Positions 28,001-41,500 of a stretch of 64,000 nt of DNA are shown here, piece by piece. The notes under the pieces were generated by a model, which was given only the letters and a program-made list of their open reading frames with translations, had not been told where the DNA came from and searched no databases. Position 1 is the stretch's first letter; every line of letters starts with the position of its first letter. Origin of the DNA: Anaeramoeba ignava BMAN (Eukaryota; Protista; Anaeramoebae); contig JAPDFW010000120.1 of NCBI GenBank assembly GCA_028826165.1, positions 62,001-126,000 on the forward strand, given 5' to 3'. The position numbers and the translations under genes were made by a program.

Positions 28001-30767
28001 TTAATTTTAATTTTAATTTTATTTTTAATTTTAATTTTAATTTTAATTTTAATTTTAATTTTTAAAAGAAAGAATAAATTAAACTAACTTGATGTTTAAC
28101 CAAAACTGGTTCATTTTTAAATGATTTTGCACATTTACGAAGAACATCAGGAGCGAATGTTGGAATTTTATCAGAATATTCACCAACAACCCAAATAGCA
28201 GATGCTTTTGCTTCTGGTTGACTTATTTTATCAATAAGTTTTGTAAATTCTGTGATTATATCAATATGTTCTTCTGGTTTAGTTTGAAGTAAAATTTTAA
28301 TCATTGATACACTTTGACCAATTATTTCATCAGGTCTATTATGTACTAATTTCATTAAGCATGTTAAACATGAATCTAAAATTACGGGTGCTTTTAAAGT
28401 TGATTTCGAGATGGCCTAAATCAATTACAATAACATAAAATATTAAATAAATATTCAATAAATATAAAATAAATATTCAATAACATAAAATATTAAATAA
28501 CATGAAATATAAAATAAATATTCAATAACATGAAATATTAAATAAATATTTAATAACATGAAATATAAAATAAATATTCAAGAAATATTAAATAACATGA
28601 AATATAAAATAAATATTAAATAACATGAAATATAAAATAAATATTCAATAACATGAAATATTAAATAAATATTCAATAAATATAAAATAAATATTTATTA
28701 AATATAAAATAAATATTTAATAAATATTAAATAAATATTCATTAAATATGAAAATAAATATTCAATAACATGAAATATTAAATAAATATTCAATAAATAT
28801 AAAATAAATATTTATTAAATATAAAATAAATATTTAATAAATATTAAATAAATATTCAATAAATATAAAATAAATATTCAATAACATGAAATATAAAATA
28901 AATATTAAATAACATGAAATATAAAATAAATATTCAATAACATGAAATATTAAATAAATATTTAATAACATGAAATATTAAATAAATATTCAAGAAATAT
29001 TAAATAACATGAAATATAAAATAAATATTCAATAACATGAAATATTAAATAAATATTCAATAAATATTAAATAACATGAAATATTTAATAAGTATTTTAA
29101 AAATGTTCTTTTTACTCGAATTGCTTCTGTTACAACAGGAATACTTGAATTATGAAGATAATTTCGTATTTCTTTGAAAGTATTATATATGTTTGTTTGA
29201 TCAGTAATCTCTGCTAAAATATTCACTTTTAATTTTCGGATATATTCAGGGTCTGTTACAGAAAGAATAAATTCTTGATAATAAGGTCTAAAAAGTTCCT
29301 TGAAAATTTTAAATTTAATTTTAATTTTATATTTAAATGAATTTTATAAATGAATTTCAATTTTATAAATGAATTTCAATTTTATAAATTAATTTTGCAT
29401 CAAAATACTGGATATTTAGAACAAATTGTGCCGATATTATAAAGAATAATAAACTGAGTTTGAGGAGAAGATTTCAAAAACTTAATCAAAAATTTTGGCA
29501 ATAAAAGAAGTTGAGAAGGAGGAGCCAAATAAAAAAAGATAGAAGCAACAGCAGAAACAACAGCGGGATTATGAGAACGAAAGAGAAGAGAAGAGGATTT
29601 AAGAAGCAATATAAGGTCAGGGTCTAAGGGGGTTTTCTCATTGATATTATCCTGGGGATTTTCAGAATCGGAAGAAATTGAATTCCAAAAATCACTATCA
29701 TTTTCAACTTCAATTTTTGATTTTTAAGAATATCTTGGTTCTCATTAAGCGCCGGGTCAGCAAACTGCGTTCTTGCATAACGCATGAGAAGCTCCAAACA
29801 CGACACTTGACCCCATTCATCGATATCAGGCAATTTCGAAAGGATTTTCCTGAAAAATGGATTGATGATAGGGTATGAGTCGGGACAAACTTCGTTAAAC
29901 GCTGCGATAACGCCACCAATAACCATTGGATGGTCATCGCCAAACAAGCCTTCAATCAACTCAATAAGGGATGATTTAAGATCGGGGCTAAGTTGAAAGA
30001 CCTTCGGAATCGCCAGTGCGGCTGACCTCCTGACATAAGGTGAAGAATCGTTAACTGAATCTTTAATTGCTAATAATATCAACTGTGAAATCATAGGGAT
30101 TTTTATCGACGACATCACCCTTAATGCCAGTGCTCGTATTAGCTGGTTTGTGTGCTTTAGATCCTTCTGGAAAGCGCTTATTGAAAGTAATGCTAGATCT
30201 GGTTCTTTTTCTGCGTGATGGAGTAAGTATAAATATACTAGTTTTTTCACTTCCATTTCTTCTGTTACTATGTTTTTGATTACATCAGGGAAAAAATCAT
30301 CAGTATATTTCCCTCGAGACATCATCTAGTATTATTTTGAATTGTGTTTTAAATTGTTGTTAGTTTTATTATTTCAATTTTAATTTCAAAATAATTTTAA
30401 ATTTTAAATTTAATTTTGATTTTTAATTTTAATTTTAATTTTAATTTTAATTTTAATTTTAATTTTAATGAATTTTAATTTTAATTTAAATTTAATTTAA
30501 TTTTAATTTTAATTTTAATTTTAATTTTAATTTTAATTTTAATTTTAATTTTAATTTTAATTTTAATTTTAATTTCAATTTTAATTTTAATTTTAATTTT
30601 AATTTTAATTTTAATTTCAAAATGAATTTTAATTTTTATTTTTATTTTTTAATACAAACAGCAACAATAAGATGTAATGCATCAAGTTTGGCGTTAATAT
30701 CTTCATTATCTAAACTGTCTTTTATTTCATTTCTTCTAATAACTTTAATTTTATAAAACTTACTCAT
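25074..30767 (-). CDS. AP3B1: AP-3 complex subunit beta
   Basis: Eight exons. FFPDVIKNIV.EEMEVKKLVYLYL, LALLSISAFQKDL, DSSPYVRRSAALAIPK, DEWGQV, FTLGTLS...PGYVPLPNFP.IPPDPSLR, Ser/acidic hinge, ear domain LLNRVKGNGLEINY. One A-run frameshift near 29716. Confidence 0.92.
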
Positions 30768-30776
30768 TAAAAAAAT

Positions 30777-30850
30777 ATGAAAAAAAAATGAAAAAAAATG
30801 AAAAAAAAAATTTCATTTTTCATTTTTCATTTTTTCATTTTTTCATTTTT
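30777..30850. promoter_or_regulatory. Back-to-back Inr-like clusters (compact bidirectional promoter)
   Basis: ATGAAAA x3 (TCAT on the minus strand) at 30777-30805 and TTTCATTTT x4 on the plus strand at 30811-30850, between ATG 30767(-) and ATG 30886(+). Confidence 0.6.
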
Positions 30851-30885
30851 TAAATTAATTAAATTCTTTGCAAATATAAAATAAA

Positions 30886-31655
30886 ATGTCAAATAAAAAT
30901 CAAAATCAAAATCAAAATCAAAATCAAAATCAAAATCAAAATCAAAATCAAAATAAAAATCAAAATCAAAATCAAAATCAAAATCAAAATCAAAATCAAA
31001 ATCAAAATCAAAATCAAAATCAAATTCAAAATAAAAATCAAAATCAAAATCAAAATCAAAATCAAATTCAAATTCAAAATCAAAATCAAAATCAAAATCA
31101 AATTCAAAATAAAAATCAATTTCAAAATCAAAATCAAAATCAAAATGAAAATCAAAATCAAAATAAAAATCAAATTCAAAATCAAAATCAAAATCAAAAA
31201 TCAAATTCAAAATAAAAATCAATTTCAAAATCAAAATCAAAATCAAAATCAAAATCAAAATCAAAATCAAAATCAAAATATAAATCAAAATCAAAATCAA
31301 AATCTAAATCAAAATAAAAATCAAAATATAAATCAAAATCAAATTCAAAATCAAATTAAAAATCAAAATAAAAATCAAAATAAAAATCAAAATCAAAATA
31401 AAAATCAAAATTCAAAATCAAAATCAAATTCAAAATCAAAATCAAAATCAAAATCAAAATAAAAATCAAAATCAAAATCAAAATATAAATCAAAAAAGAA
31501 TTGATTGGATTCTTCACATGAGAAAATCCTTTTGTACAAAAGAAATGCTAAATGAAGATTTCACTATTAATCAACAATTCTTTTGGCCAACAAAAAAACA
31601 AATTCGAAATTTAAAAAAAGAATTAATAAAAATTGAAAATGAAAATAATAATTAA
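30886..31655 (+). CDS. Small protein: poly-NQ tract plus 55-codon unique C-terminal domain
   Basis: ATG follows an Inr-like cluster, then (CAAAAT)n, then QKRIDWILHMRKSFCTKEMLNEDFTINQQFFWPTKKQIRNLKKEL...TAA (31491-31655). A net 2-nt offset inside the repeat must be corrected to join the parts. Confidence 0.6.
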
Positions 31656-31713
31656 AAATAAAAAATTTAAAAATAAAAAATTTAAAAAAATTTTTTTCAT
31701 TTTTTTCTTTCAA

Positions 31714-32438
31714 ATGGGAAATCATCAAAAAATTAAAATATTAGCAATGGGTGATTCCCTTACAAAAGGATATACAAATCATGGACAAACACATAATCCT
31801 TATACTTTAAAACTTTCTGAATATTTAAACAAGAAATTTAAAAAAATAAAATTTGAAATTGAAAATAAAGGTGAAAAATTTTTTTGATCAAAAAAATGCC
31901 AAAAAAAAATCCAAAATGAAAAAAACTAATTTAACAGAAAAAATTTACAGGAATTTCAGGAGAACAATGCAAAGATATGCCGATTAGATTTGAAAAAATA
32001 ATGAGTGAAAATGATTATCATTTTGTGATCATTTTGGGTGGAACAAATGATTTGGCTTATGGAAGATCTCATGAAGATATACTTAAAGATATAATAAATC
32101 TCCATCAAATAGCTTTATCATCAAAAAATCTTGTTAAATCTATTGCTGTTTCTATTCCTCAATGTCTTTTTGATGAAAGAAATGAAAAAATTTTTGAAAT
32201 CAAAAAAATTGTTAATAAAGAAATTTTTAATTTTTCTCAAAAAGAAGAAAAAGTTGAATTTTTTGATTTATTTAATTTGATTCCATTTTCTCTTTCTGAA
32301 AAAGAATTGATGTCTTTTTGGGATAAAGATGGTCTTCATTTTTCTAGTTTAGGTTATGATCATTTTGGAAAATTATTATTTGATTTTCTTGAAGAAATTA
32401 TTTTTAATTATTTAGAAAAATTAAAGAAAGAAAAATAA
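31714..32438 (+). CDS. SGNH/GDSL hydrolase
   Basis: ILAMGDSLTKG, NKG|ISG, ILGGTNDL, DGLHF. Intron 31871-31950. Confidence 0.92.
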
Positions 32439-32499
32439 AAATAACTTTTTTAGATTTTATTTTGAAAACTTTTTGAAAACTTTTTGAAATCTAAATTGA

Positions 32500-32900
32500 A
32501 ATTTTAATTGGAAAATTTAATTGGAAATTTAATTGGAAATTTAATTGGAAATTTTAATTGGAATTTAAAAGGAAATTTAAAAGGAAATTTAAAAGGAAAT
32601 TTAAAAGGAAATTTAAAAGGAAATTTAAAAGGAAATTTAATTGGAAAATTTAATTGGAAAATTTAAAAGGAAATTTAAAAGGAAATTTAATTGGAAAATT
32701 TAATTGGAAAATTAAAAGGAAATTTAAAAGGAAATTTAAAAGGAAATTTAATTGGAATTTAAAAGGAAATTTAATTGGAATTTTAATTGAAATTTAATTG
32801 GAAATTTAATTGAAAATTTAAAAGGAAATTTAATTGGAATTTAAAAGGAAATTTAATTGGAAAATTTAATTGGGAAATTTAAAAGGAAATTTAAAAGGAA
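32500..32900. repeat. 12-13 bp array (GGAAATTTAAAA/GGAAATTTAATT)n between convergent stops
   Basis: Read directly; abuts the AlaRS stop codon. Confidence 0.9.
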
Positions 32901-32906
32901 AATCTT

Positions 32907-35900
32907 TTAATCTGATTTGTTTGGAAATTGTTTAAATTGTTTGGATTCAAGATAATCAATAATTTGAGAAGGATCTAAAATTGAAAATGAAGTAATTTCC
33001 AAAATTCCAGTAATTGATTGAGCTTTTTTCTTTCCTTTAGATTTTGAATTAACTTTATTTTTGACAATCAAAGCAGGTGCTTTTTTTCTTTGGTTTTGGT
33101 TTTGGTTTTGGTTTTGGTTTTGGTTTTCGTTTTGGATTTCATTTTCGTTTTGGATTTCATTTTCTTTTTGAATTTCTTTTTCTTTTTCTTTTTCATTTTC
33201 ATTTTTCTTTTGTTTTCCTTTTGATTTTTCCTTTTGATTTTCTTTTGGTTTTTCAACTTGACTTTTAGAAACAACTTGTTTAAATTCTTCCAAATTAAAG
33301 GTTTTGAGGATCACCAATTAAAGAGTAAATAAAAGAATTTCCAATAAAAAATAAAGATTTTTTTTTTGCTTTAATTTCTGGAGCGAAATTTGGCATATTT
33401 GAGATTAATAAACCAACATCAACATTAACAGAAGTAAATAAATTGAGGAATGAAGAATCAATCATAGCTTGAGATTGTGTATTAATAAGAGTTAAAGAAA
33501 GCTCTGCAATTTGTTTTTTAAAAGATTTATAGCCATCAAAAAATCGATTTGCTGTTTGAATTATATCTTTTGAAGGACAAGTCCAATCAACAGATAATTT
33601 GTTAATAATATTGGATTCATCTTCAATAAAATCAAGAGCTTTTTCCGAAGCAACAAAATAAAGTCGGACAATTCCATCTGAAATTCTGTTTGTTTTGACT
33701 ATTCGAACAAGACCAACTTCTGCAGTATTTTTACAGTGTGTTCCACAACAAGCTTCAATATCAATTCCATCAATATTCACTATTCTCAATTCATTTCCTG
33801 GAATTGCTCCTCCTTGATAAAGTGAAAATCCATATCTTTTTTCGGCATCTTCTTTTGGTAACACATATTTTGATATGCTTTTTCTCTCAAATATCATCTT
33901 GTTGGATTCTTTTTCAATTGCTTGTTTTTCTTCATGTGTTATTGACTGAAAGTGTGTGATGTCTAAATGTGCTATATCTGGTGTTTTTTTTGCTCCGTGT
34001 TGCCATACATGTGGTCCTAAAATCTTTCTACATGCTGCAGATACAATGTGTGTTGCTGTGTGATGATTTTGAAGAAGCATTCTTCGTTTTGCATCGATTT
34101 TACCCTTTTAATATTTTAAATATTTTTTTAAGTATTTTGAATATTTTTGAATATTTTGAATAATGAATATTTTGAATATTTTAAATATTTTGAATATTTT
34201 AAATATTTCATGTTTTTGATAATATTTTGAATATTTTTGAATATTTTTGATATTTTAAATATTTTTAAATATTTCATGTTTTTGATATTTTAAATATTTT
34301 GAATATTAAATATTTTGAATATTTCATGTTTTTGATATTTTGAATATTTTGAATATTTTGAATATTTTGAATATTAAATATTTTGAATATTTCATGTTTT
34401 TGATAATATTTTTATTTTTGATAATATTTTTAAGTATTTTGAATATTTTGAATATTTCATGTTTTTGATATTTTAAATATTTCATGTTTTTGATATTTTG
34501 AATATTTTGAATATTTTGAATATTTTGAATATTTTGAATATTTTAAATATTTCATGTTTTTGATAATATTTTTATTTTTAAATATTTTTAAATATTTCAT
34601 GTTTTTGATAATATTTTTATTTTTGAATATTTTGAATATTTTAAATATTTCATGTTTTTGATAATATTTTTATTTTTGATAATATTTTTAAGTATTTTGA
34701 ATATTTTGAATATTTCATGTTTTTGATATTTTAAATATTTCATGTTTTTGATATTTTGAATATTTTGAATATTTTGAATATTTTGAATATTTTAAATATT
34801 TCATGTTTTTGATAATATTTTTATTTTTAAATATTTTTAAATATTTCATGTTTTTGATAATATTTTTATTTTTGAATATTTTGAATATTTTAAATATTTC
34901 ATGTTTTTGATAATATTTTTATTTTTAAATATTTTTAAATATTTCATGTTTTTAAATTTTATTTTTTATTAAATTTACACTAATAGAAAATTCCTTCATC
35001 TTTTCTTTCGGAAAAGATATTTCATGATCTAAAAAGTGGAGAATACTCTTGCTAACTTTTTGAACATCAATTACATTAAATTTTTCTTCTTGATCACCAA
35101 ATTTAATAACCATTTCTCCAGTATCATACTCTTGACCACCAGAAGTTGGATAAAATAAAGTTTGATTAATAATAATAATATTTTTTTTGTTTCCATCTAA
35201 TTTATTCTCCAAAATTTCATAAGCATAAGCTCCTTCAAATTCAATAGAATCTTCTTTTTCATAAAAAAGTTCATCTGTTGGTGGTAAATGTGCAACAGAA
35301 TAAAGTTCTGCTGGAGGTACTTTTGTTATTCTTTCTTGTTGTTCTGCTAATAAGTAATATAAATTGTTTGGAATAGGGAATTTGGTAATTTCACTAATTT
35401 TATCAGGATCTAATCCATATGATTGCATACAAAGAATCCAATCTTCAGAAGATAACTTTCCTTTTCGTCTAAATTTAATTAAATATTTTTTTATTTCATG
35501 TTTTTGAATATTTTTTTGTTTTTAAATATTTATTTCATGTTTTTGAATATTTTACTTTTTGATTAAATGTCCAAGTTTAGTTTTTGATTCTTTATCAGTT
35601 GTTATCCATTTTTGATATTCATTTTTCAAAATAGAACCAAAAGATTTGTAATCTCCAAACTCACCCATAATTGGGGTTAATTCTTCTCTATGACAATTAA
35701 AAATTTCCAATAAACCTTTTATTCCAACTTTCTCCCACCAACCTCTTTTATGAAGAATTGAGAAAACTCTTCTCAAAATATTTCTTAAATTTGAAGCTCC
35801 GCCAACATTAGAAGGCAAACTTCCATCAAGAATTGCAACAAATAATGTTCTTGTATGATCACTAACAACAAATAGATCTTTTGTTTCTGAAATTCCTTCT

Positions 35901-38277
35901 CTTAAATCTTCAACGTCCATTCCTATTTTCTTTGCAATTTCTTGCCAAACTTTTGCTAAATCTTCTGCTTCATCTACATTTAATAAACATGAATAAGGTC
36001 CAAATTTTGCTAAAATATCGTTGTTGATTTTTGCTCCTGTAAGTTCTTCTAATTTTGCAAGTGCTTTGGGAAAAACATCTGTATAAGATGTATAAGATCC
36101 ATTGATAACCCAAGGAATTCTTTCTAATCCGATTCCTACATCAATAACTTGAACCTAAAAATATTTGATTTTATTTTGAATTTTATTTTGAATTTTATTT
36201 TGAAATTGAAATTAATATTGAATTTTATTTTGAACATGAAATTAATATTGAAATTGAATTTTAATTTGATTTTGAATTTTGATTTTGAATTTGAATTTGA
36301 ATTTGATTTTGATTTTGATTTTGAATTTTATTTTGAATTTTATTTTGATTTAAAATTAATTTTGAACATGAAATTAATATTGAAATTGAAATTTACTTGT
36401 AAAGGTTCTCTTGATCCATCTGGAAATGTTTTATATTGCATAAAAACCATATCTTTATTTTTTTTTAAAATATAAATTAAAATATAAATTAAAATATAAA
36501 TTAAAATATAAATTAAATTATAAATTACTTCCAATCTCCAAACCGCCAGCAAAATATTCAATAGAAGGACCAAGATTTCCACCACCAGCCCAAACATCTT
36601 CAATTAAAGTAATTTCATCAACAGGAATTTCCAGTTCATTCAATAACCATTGAAGATTGAAATCAACACATTCTTCTTTGAAATAAACATATTTTGATGG
36701 TGTATTAAAAACTTGAACTCCAAGCATGTTAAATCCTGAATAATGTCTTCCTGTTAATCCAATGTTGTCAAGATCATTGAAACGTAAACAGAATTGTGCA
36801 TCAATTAATGGGTTTGCTGGTGGTTCTATTTCTCCAGTAACACAATATGGCTGAAATAAATAAATTCCAGCTTTTGAAATTAAAATTAAAATTCATTTAT
36901 TAAAATTAAAATTAAAATTAAATTTAAAATTAAAATTAAAATTAATATTAAAATTAAAATTAAAATTAAAATTAAAATTAATATTAAAATTAAAATTAAA
37001 ATTAAAATTAAAATTAAAATTAAAATTAAAATTAAAATTAAAATTAAAATTAATATTAAAATTAAAATTAAAATTAAAATTAAAATTAAAATTCATTTAT
37101 AAAATTAAAATTAAAATTAATATTATTAAAATTAAAATTAAAATTAAAATTAAAATTAAAATTGAAATTAAAATTAAAATTAAAAATTAAAATTAAAATT
37201 AAAATTAAAATTAAAATTAAAATTAAAATTAAAATTAAAATTAAAATTAAAATTAAAATTAAAATTAAAATTAAAATTAAAATTAAATTTAAAATTAAAA
37301 TTAAAATTAAAATTAAAATTAAAATTAAAATTAAAATTAAAATTAAAATTAAAATTAAAATTAAAATTAAAATTAATATTAAAATTAAAATTAATATTAA
37401 AATTAAAATTAATATTAAAATTAATATTCATTTATAAAATTAAAATTAAAATTAAAATTAAAATTAATATTCATTTATAAAATTAAAATTAAAATTAAAA
37501 TTAAAATTAAAATTAAAATTAAAATTAAAAATAAAATTAAAATTAAAATTAAAATTCATTTATAAAATTAAATACCAGCAACATAATCAACATCAGCTCT
37601 CCATCTAGCAACAACAGGATACCTTTGAATAACTGTGTGTGGTATAGAAGCGTTTGTAAAAGATCTAACGTAAGTTTGCCAAGCATCATAATAAGATATT
37701 TTTTTGCCTTTTTGACCAATTCCAAGACCTTTTCCAATAAAAGTATATTTACCAACGCAATTAGAATCTCCACAAACATCAATTTCCTTGTTATGTCGCC
37801 AAAAAAAATGTCCGCATTTCGTACATTTTGCTCTTGTAAATCCATACTTTGCAAATACATTTGTTGGATAAAATTTTTCGGGATTGGCTTCAAATTCTGG
37901 TCTTGCTAATGCTTTAATTTCCTTTTACAAATTAAAATTAAATTGATTTTGAAATTGAATTTGAATTTGAAATTAAAATTGAAATTGAAATTAAAATTAA
38001 AATTAAAATTGAAATTGAAATTGAAATTGAAATTGAAATTGAAATTGAAATTGAAATTGAAATTGATATTGAATTTGAAATTGAAATTGAAATTAAAATT
38101 GAAATTGAAATTAAAATTGAAATTAAAATTGAAATTGATTTTAAAATTGAAATTGAAATTGAAATTAAATTTAAAATTGAAATTTATTTTTATTTTGAAT
38201 TTGGTGTTTTTGTGCTTTTTTAAATTTTAATTAAATACTTTGACTGTTAAACTTTTAACTTCTTTTGTTTCTGTCAT
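32907..38277 (-). CDS. alaS: Alanyl-tRNA synthetase, archaeal type
   Basis: Seven exons. FTRAKCTKCGHFFW...CGDSNC.GKYTFIG, RYPVVARWR, FQPY...PPANPL, DNIGLTGRHY, WAGGGNLGP, IDVGIGLER, DHTRT, FYPTSGGQ, and editing motifs HTATH and EACCGTHC. One frameshift near 33300. Confidence 0.95.
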
Positions 38278-38520
38278 TTATTCAATTTTATTCAATTTTA
38301 TTCAATTTTATTCAGAAGAAAAATGAAAAAATGAAAAAATGAAAAATTTTTTTTTTTAATTACGTTTTTTTTTTAATTACGTTTTTTTTTAATTAAAAAT
38401 AAAAAAAGAAGAATAAAATTAATCAAATATTTTTTTTCTACTTTTTGATTTATTAAAATTTTTATTATAACTTTAACAATTTTACTTATTCCGATTTCAT
38501 TATTTGAAAGAAAAAAAAAA

Positions 38521-41500
38521 TTAAAATTCATTTTCTTTTTGAATAAAATTTTCAATTTGAGTTAAATTTTTAAAACGGAAAATAAAAGAAGAATCAGGAA
38601 TATTTGTGATAATTTTTAAAAGTGGTTTTTTCTTATTTGAAGGAGAAACACGATTAATTTCAAAATCTAATGAATCAAATGAAGGAGAAATAATTGAAAT
38701 TAAACTTTTTGTTTCCAAACAAGATAATAAATATTTAATTTATCTTGAATTTGAGGATGAAATGATTGAATCATTTTTGTTTGAAAAAAATTGCCTTTTT
38801 TTTGCATAAATTTATTATAAAAACTTGTGATATCTTCTTCTTTTTTGCATTTAAACTTGATAAGTTCGTTTTTGTTTTTCATTTGGAATATTAAAGTACT
38901 TTGATCAAAAAATATTTTTGTTAGAGGAATTAAGAATTTAAGTGTTTCATCTTCATTGACAATATGAATGTGATATTCTTTAAAGAATATTTGAGATATT
39001 TTTGATGTATCTTCATTAATCTTAATTATAGTAATTGATTCAATTTCTTGATTTAATTGATTTTCTTGATTTTCTTGATTTAATTGATTTAATTGATTTT
39101 CTTGATTTAATTGATTTAATTGATTTTCTTGATTTAATTGATTTTGTTTTTCTTCTCTTGATTTATTTTCTTCTTTTGATTTATTTTCTTCTCTTCTAAA
39201 ATTTTCTTCTATGAAATGTTCTTCTATAAAATCTTCTTCATTTAAATTTACTTGATTTAATTTAAAATCTTCTTTGATAAAATGCTCTTCTTTAATATTA
39301 TATTCAATAAAATCATCTTCATTTAAATCAATTTGGTTTAAATTCTTTTCTTCTTGAGCTTCATTTTTAATTTGATTTTGGTTTGATTTTTGATTTGATT
39401 TTTGATTAGATTTTTGATTTGATTTATGATTAGATTTTTGATTTGATTTTTGATTTGATTTTTGATTTGATTTTTGATTTGATTTTTGATTTGATTTATG
39501 GTTTGATTTATGGTTTGATTTTTTATTAGATTTCTGATTAGATTTTTGATTTGATTTTTTATTAGATTTCTGATTAGATTTTTGATTTGATTTTTTAGTT
39601 TCATTTTTAATTTGATTTTTGTTTGGAGTTTCATTTTTAGTTTCATTTTTAATTTCATTTTTAATTTCATTTTTAATTTCGTTTTTAATTTCATTTTTAA
39701 TTTCGTTTTTAGTTTCGTTTTTAGTTTCATTTTTAGTTTCATTTTTAATTTCGTTTTTAATTTCGTTTTTAATTTCATTTTTAATTTCATTTTTAATTTC
39801 GTTTTTAGTTTCATTTTTAGTTTCATTTTTAATTTCATTTTTAGTTTCATTTTTAATTTCATTTTTAATTTCATTTTTAATTTCATTTTTAATTTGAGTT
39901 TCAATTTCATTTTGAATTTCATTGGTAGTTTCTTCTAAATTCTCTTTTATCAAAGGTGATAAAATTCTTGCCAATTCATTTCTTTCTTCTTCATCTTTCA
40001 AAAATAAAACAAATTCAATTTGAAAATCATCCAAAATTGAAATTTTGCAAACTCTTTGACTTTTTGAATCAAAAAATAAAGAAATAGAAGATGAAGAATC
40101 AGATTCATAAGTAGAATTTGGATGGTCGTTGAACATCAAAGAAAATTTGGAAGAATTCACCTCAAGATTTGCTTTTTGAGTTTTGTTTTTAAATAAAGGA
40201 TTATAAACATAAACAAGAAATTGTGCAGGAAGCTCCCTTGTCAAACCAAGTGAAGGAAGATGAATTTTAAAAGGAGTGAATTGGAAAATCTTCTTATCGG
40301 GAATTAAAGATAAGGAATAATGCAAAAATCTGGTTTTTCGATCAATAATAAAAGACAAAATTGTGTTAAATAAATTTTCATTTTCGCATTCAATCCGGAT
40401 CGAGATGATTTTTTGATCATGAATTTGGAAAGAAATTTCTTTTGGTTTGTCGAGGTTCAGTTTTCAAACATATACTTTGATAAGGAATCTTGAACTTCTT
40501 TAAATCAAACTTGATAAGCATGAAGTTATTTGTTACTCGAATAATACTTATTTTATCATGTCCATTATAATTGATTCTTGCAGAATACTCTTGATTTAGA
40601 AGAAGTTTTGAGATTTGGGAAAGTAAATCAACAACCTTCTTCTTGATATTCTTGTTAACGAAGGAAAGACAATACTCAATTGTGTCTTGGTATAGAATAA
40701 TTGTCTTATCACTTTTGACTGGAGACATTCGGACAGAAAAATTTGAATCGAGATGAAATTGATTTTTCTTTTTTCCAGTTGAAATTGTAATGAAAGTACC
40801 TTGAATTTCCAAAAGAGATCCTGCATTAATAATCGTCATATTTTTTGGATCTAAAAGACTGCATGCAAATCTGTGAGTTTTAAGTTGTGGATCTGGGATT
40901 TGTTGTGCTTCTAAATTTTGTGGAATTGGAGATTTTTGGATCGCGATATCTGGTGATCCGCGAGTGAAAGAAGTGAAAGTACTTTGCAAATCATATTCTT
41001 TCGATCTTGTTGAAAAACTTGATAATTCTGGATTTTCTTTTTCTTGTGGTTTTATTTCTTCTTTTGCAAGAGATTTAAATTTGAAAATTTTGCGAACAAA
41101 ATTTACTCTTTCATGACAAGTAGGAAAAATCAATTTGAAATTTTCAGAAGGAGTCACAATATCAACTTGCAAAGGACGAGAAAGATCAACTAATGGGTTT
41201 ATTTCTGCGACTGGAAGATTTTTTTCTGAAAGCAATCCTGGAATTTTTAAGTGAAGCATTCTTTTTTTGAAATTTAAACATAATTTGCATTTTGTGATAA
41301 AATATTTAGTCACAATCTTTGCAATAAAATAAAGATCTGATTCGTTAATGTTGAATTGAATTAAATTTTTGAAATGTTTTTGAACATCAAATTTCGATAA
41401 AGAATCAATGAATTGAAGCTTCATTTTTTCAGAATCGAAAGTAAAAATGAAATTTTGATTAATTTTTTCAATTCGAAATTTAATTTTGATTTGTTTTGGA

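Noticed and set aside
38373-38555. 60-aa ORF as continuation of the giant gene
   Set aside because: It is low-complexity A/T intergenic sequence; the preceding frame ends normally at TAA 38521.
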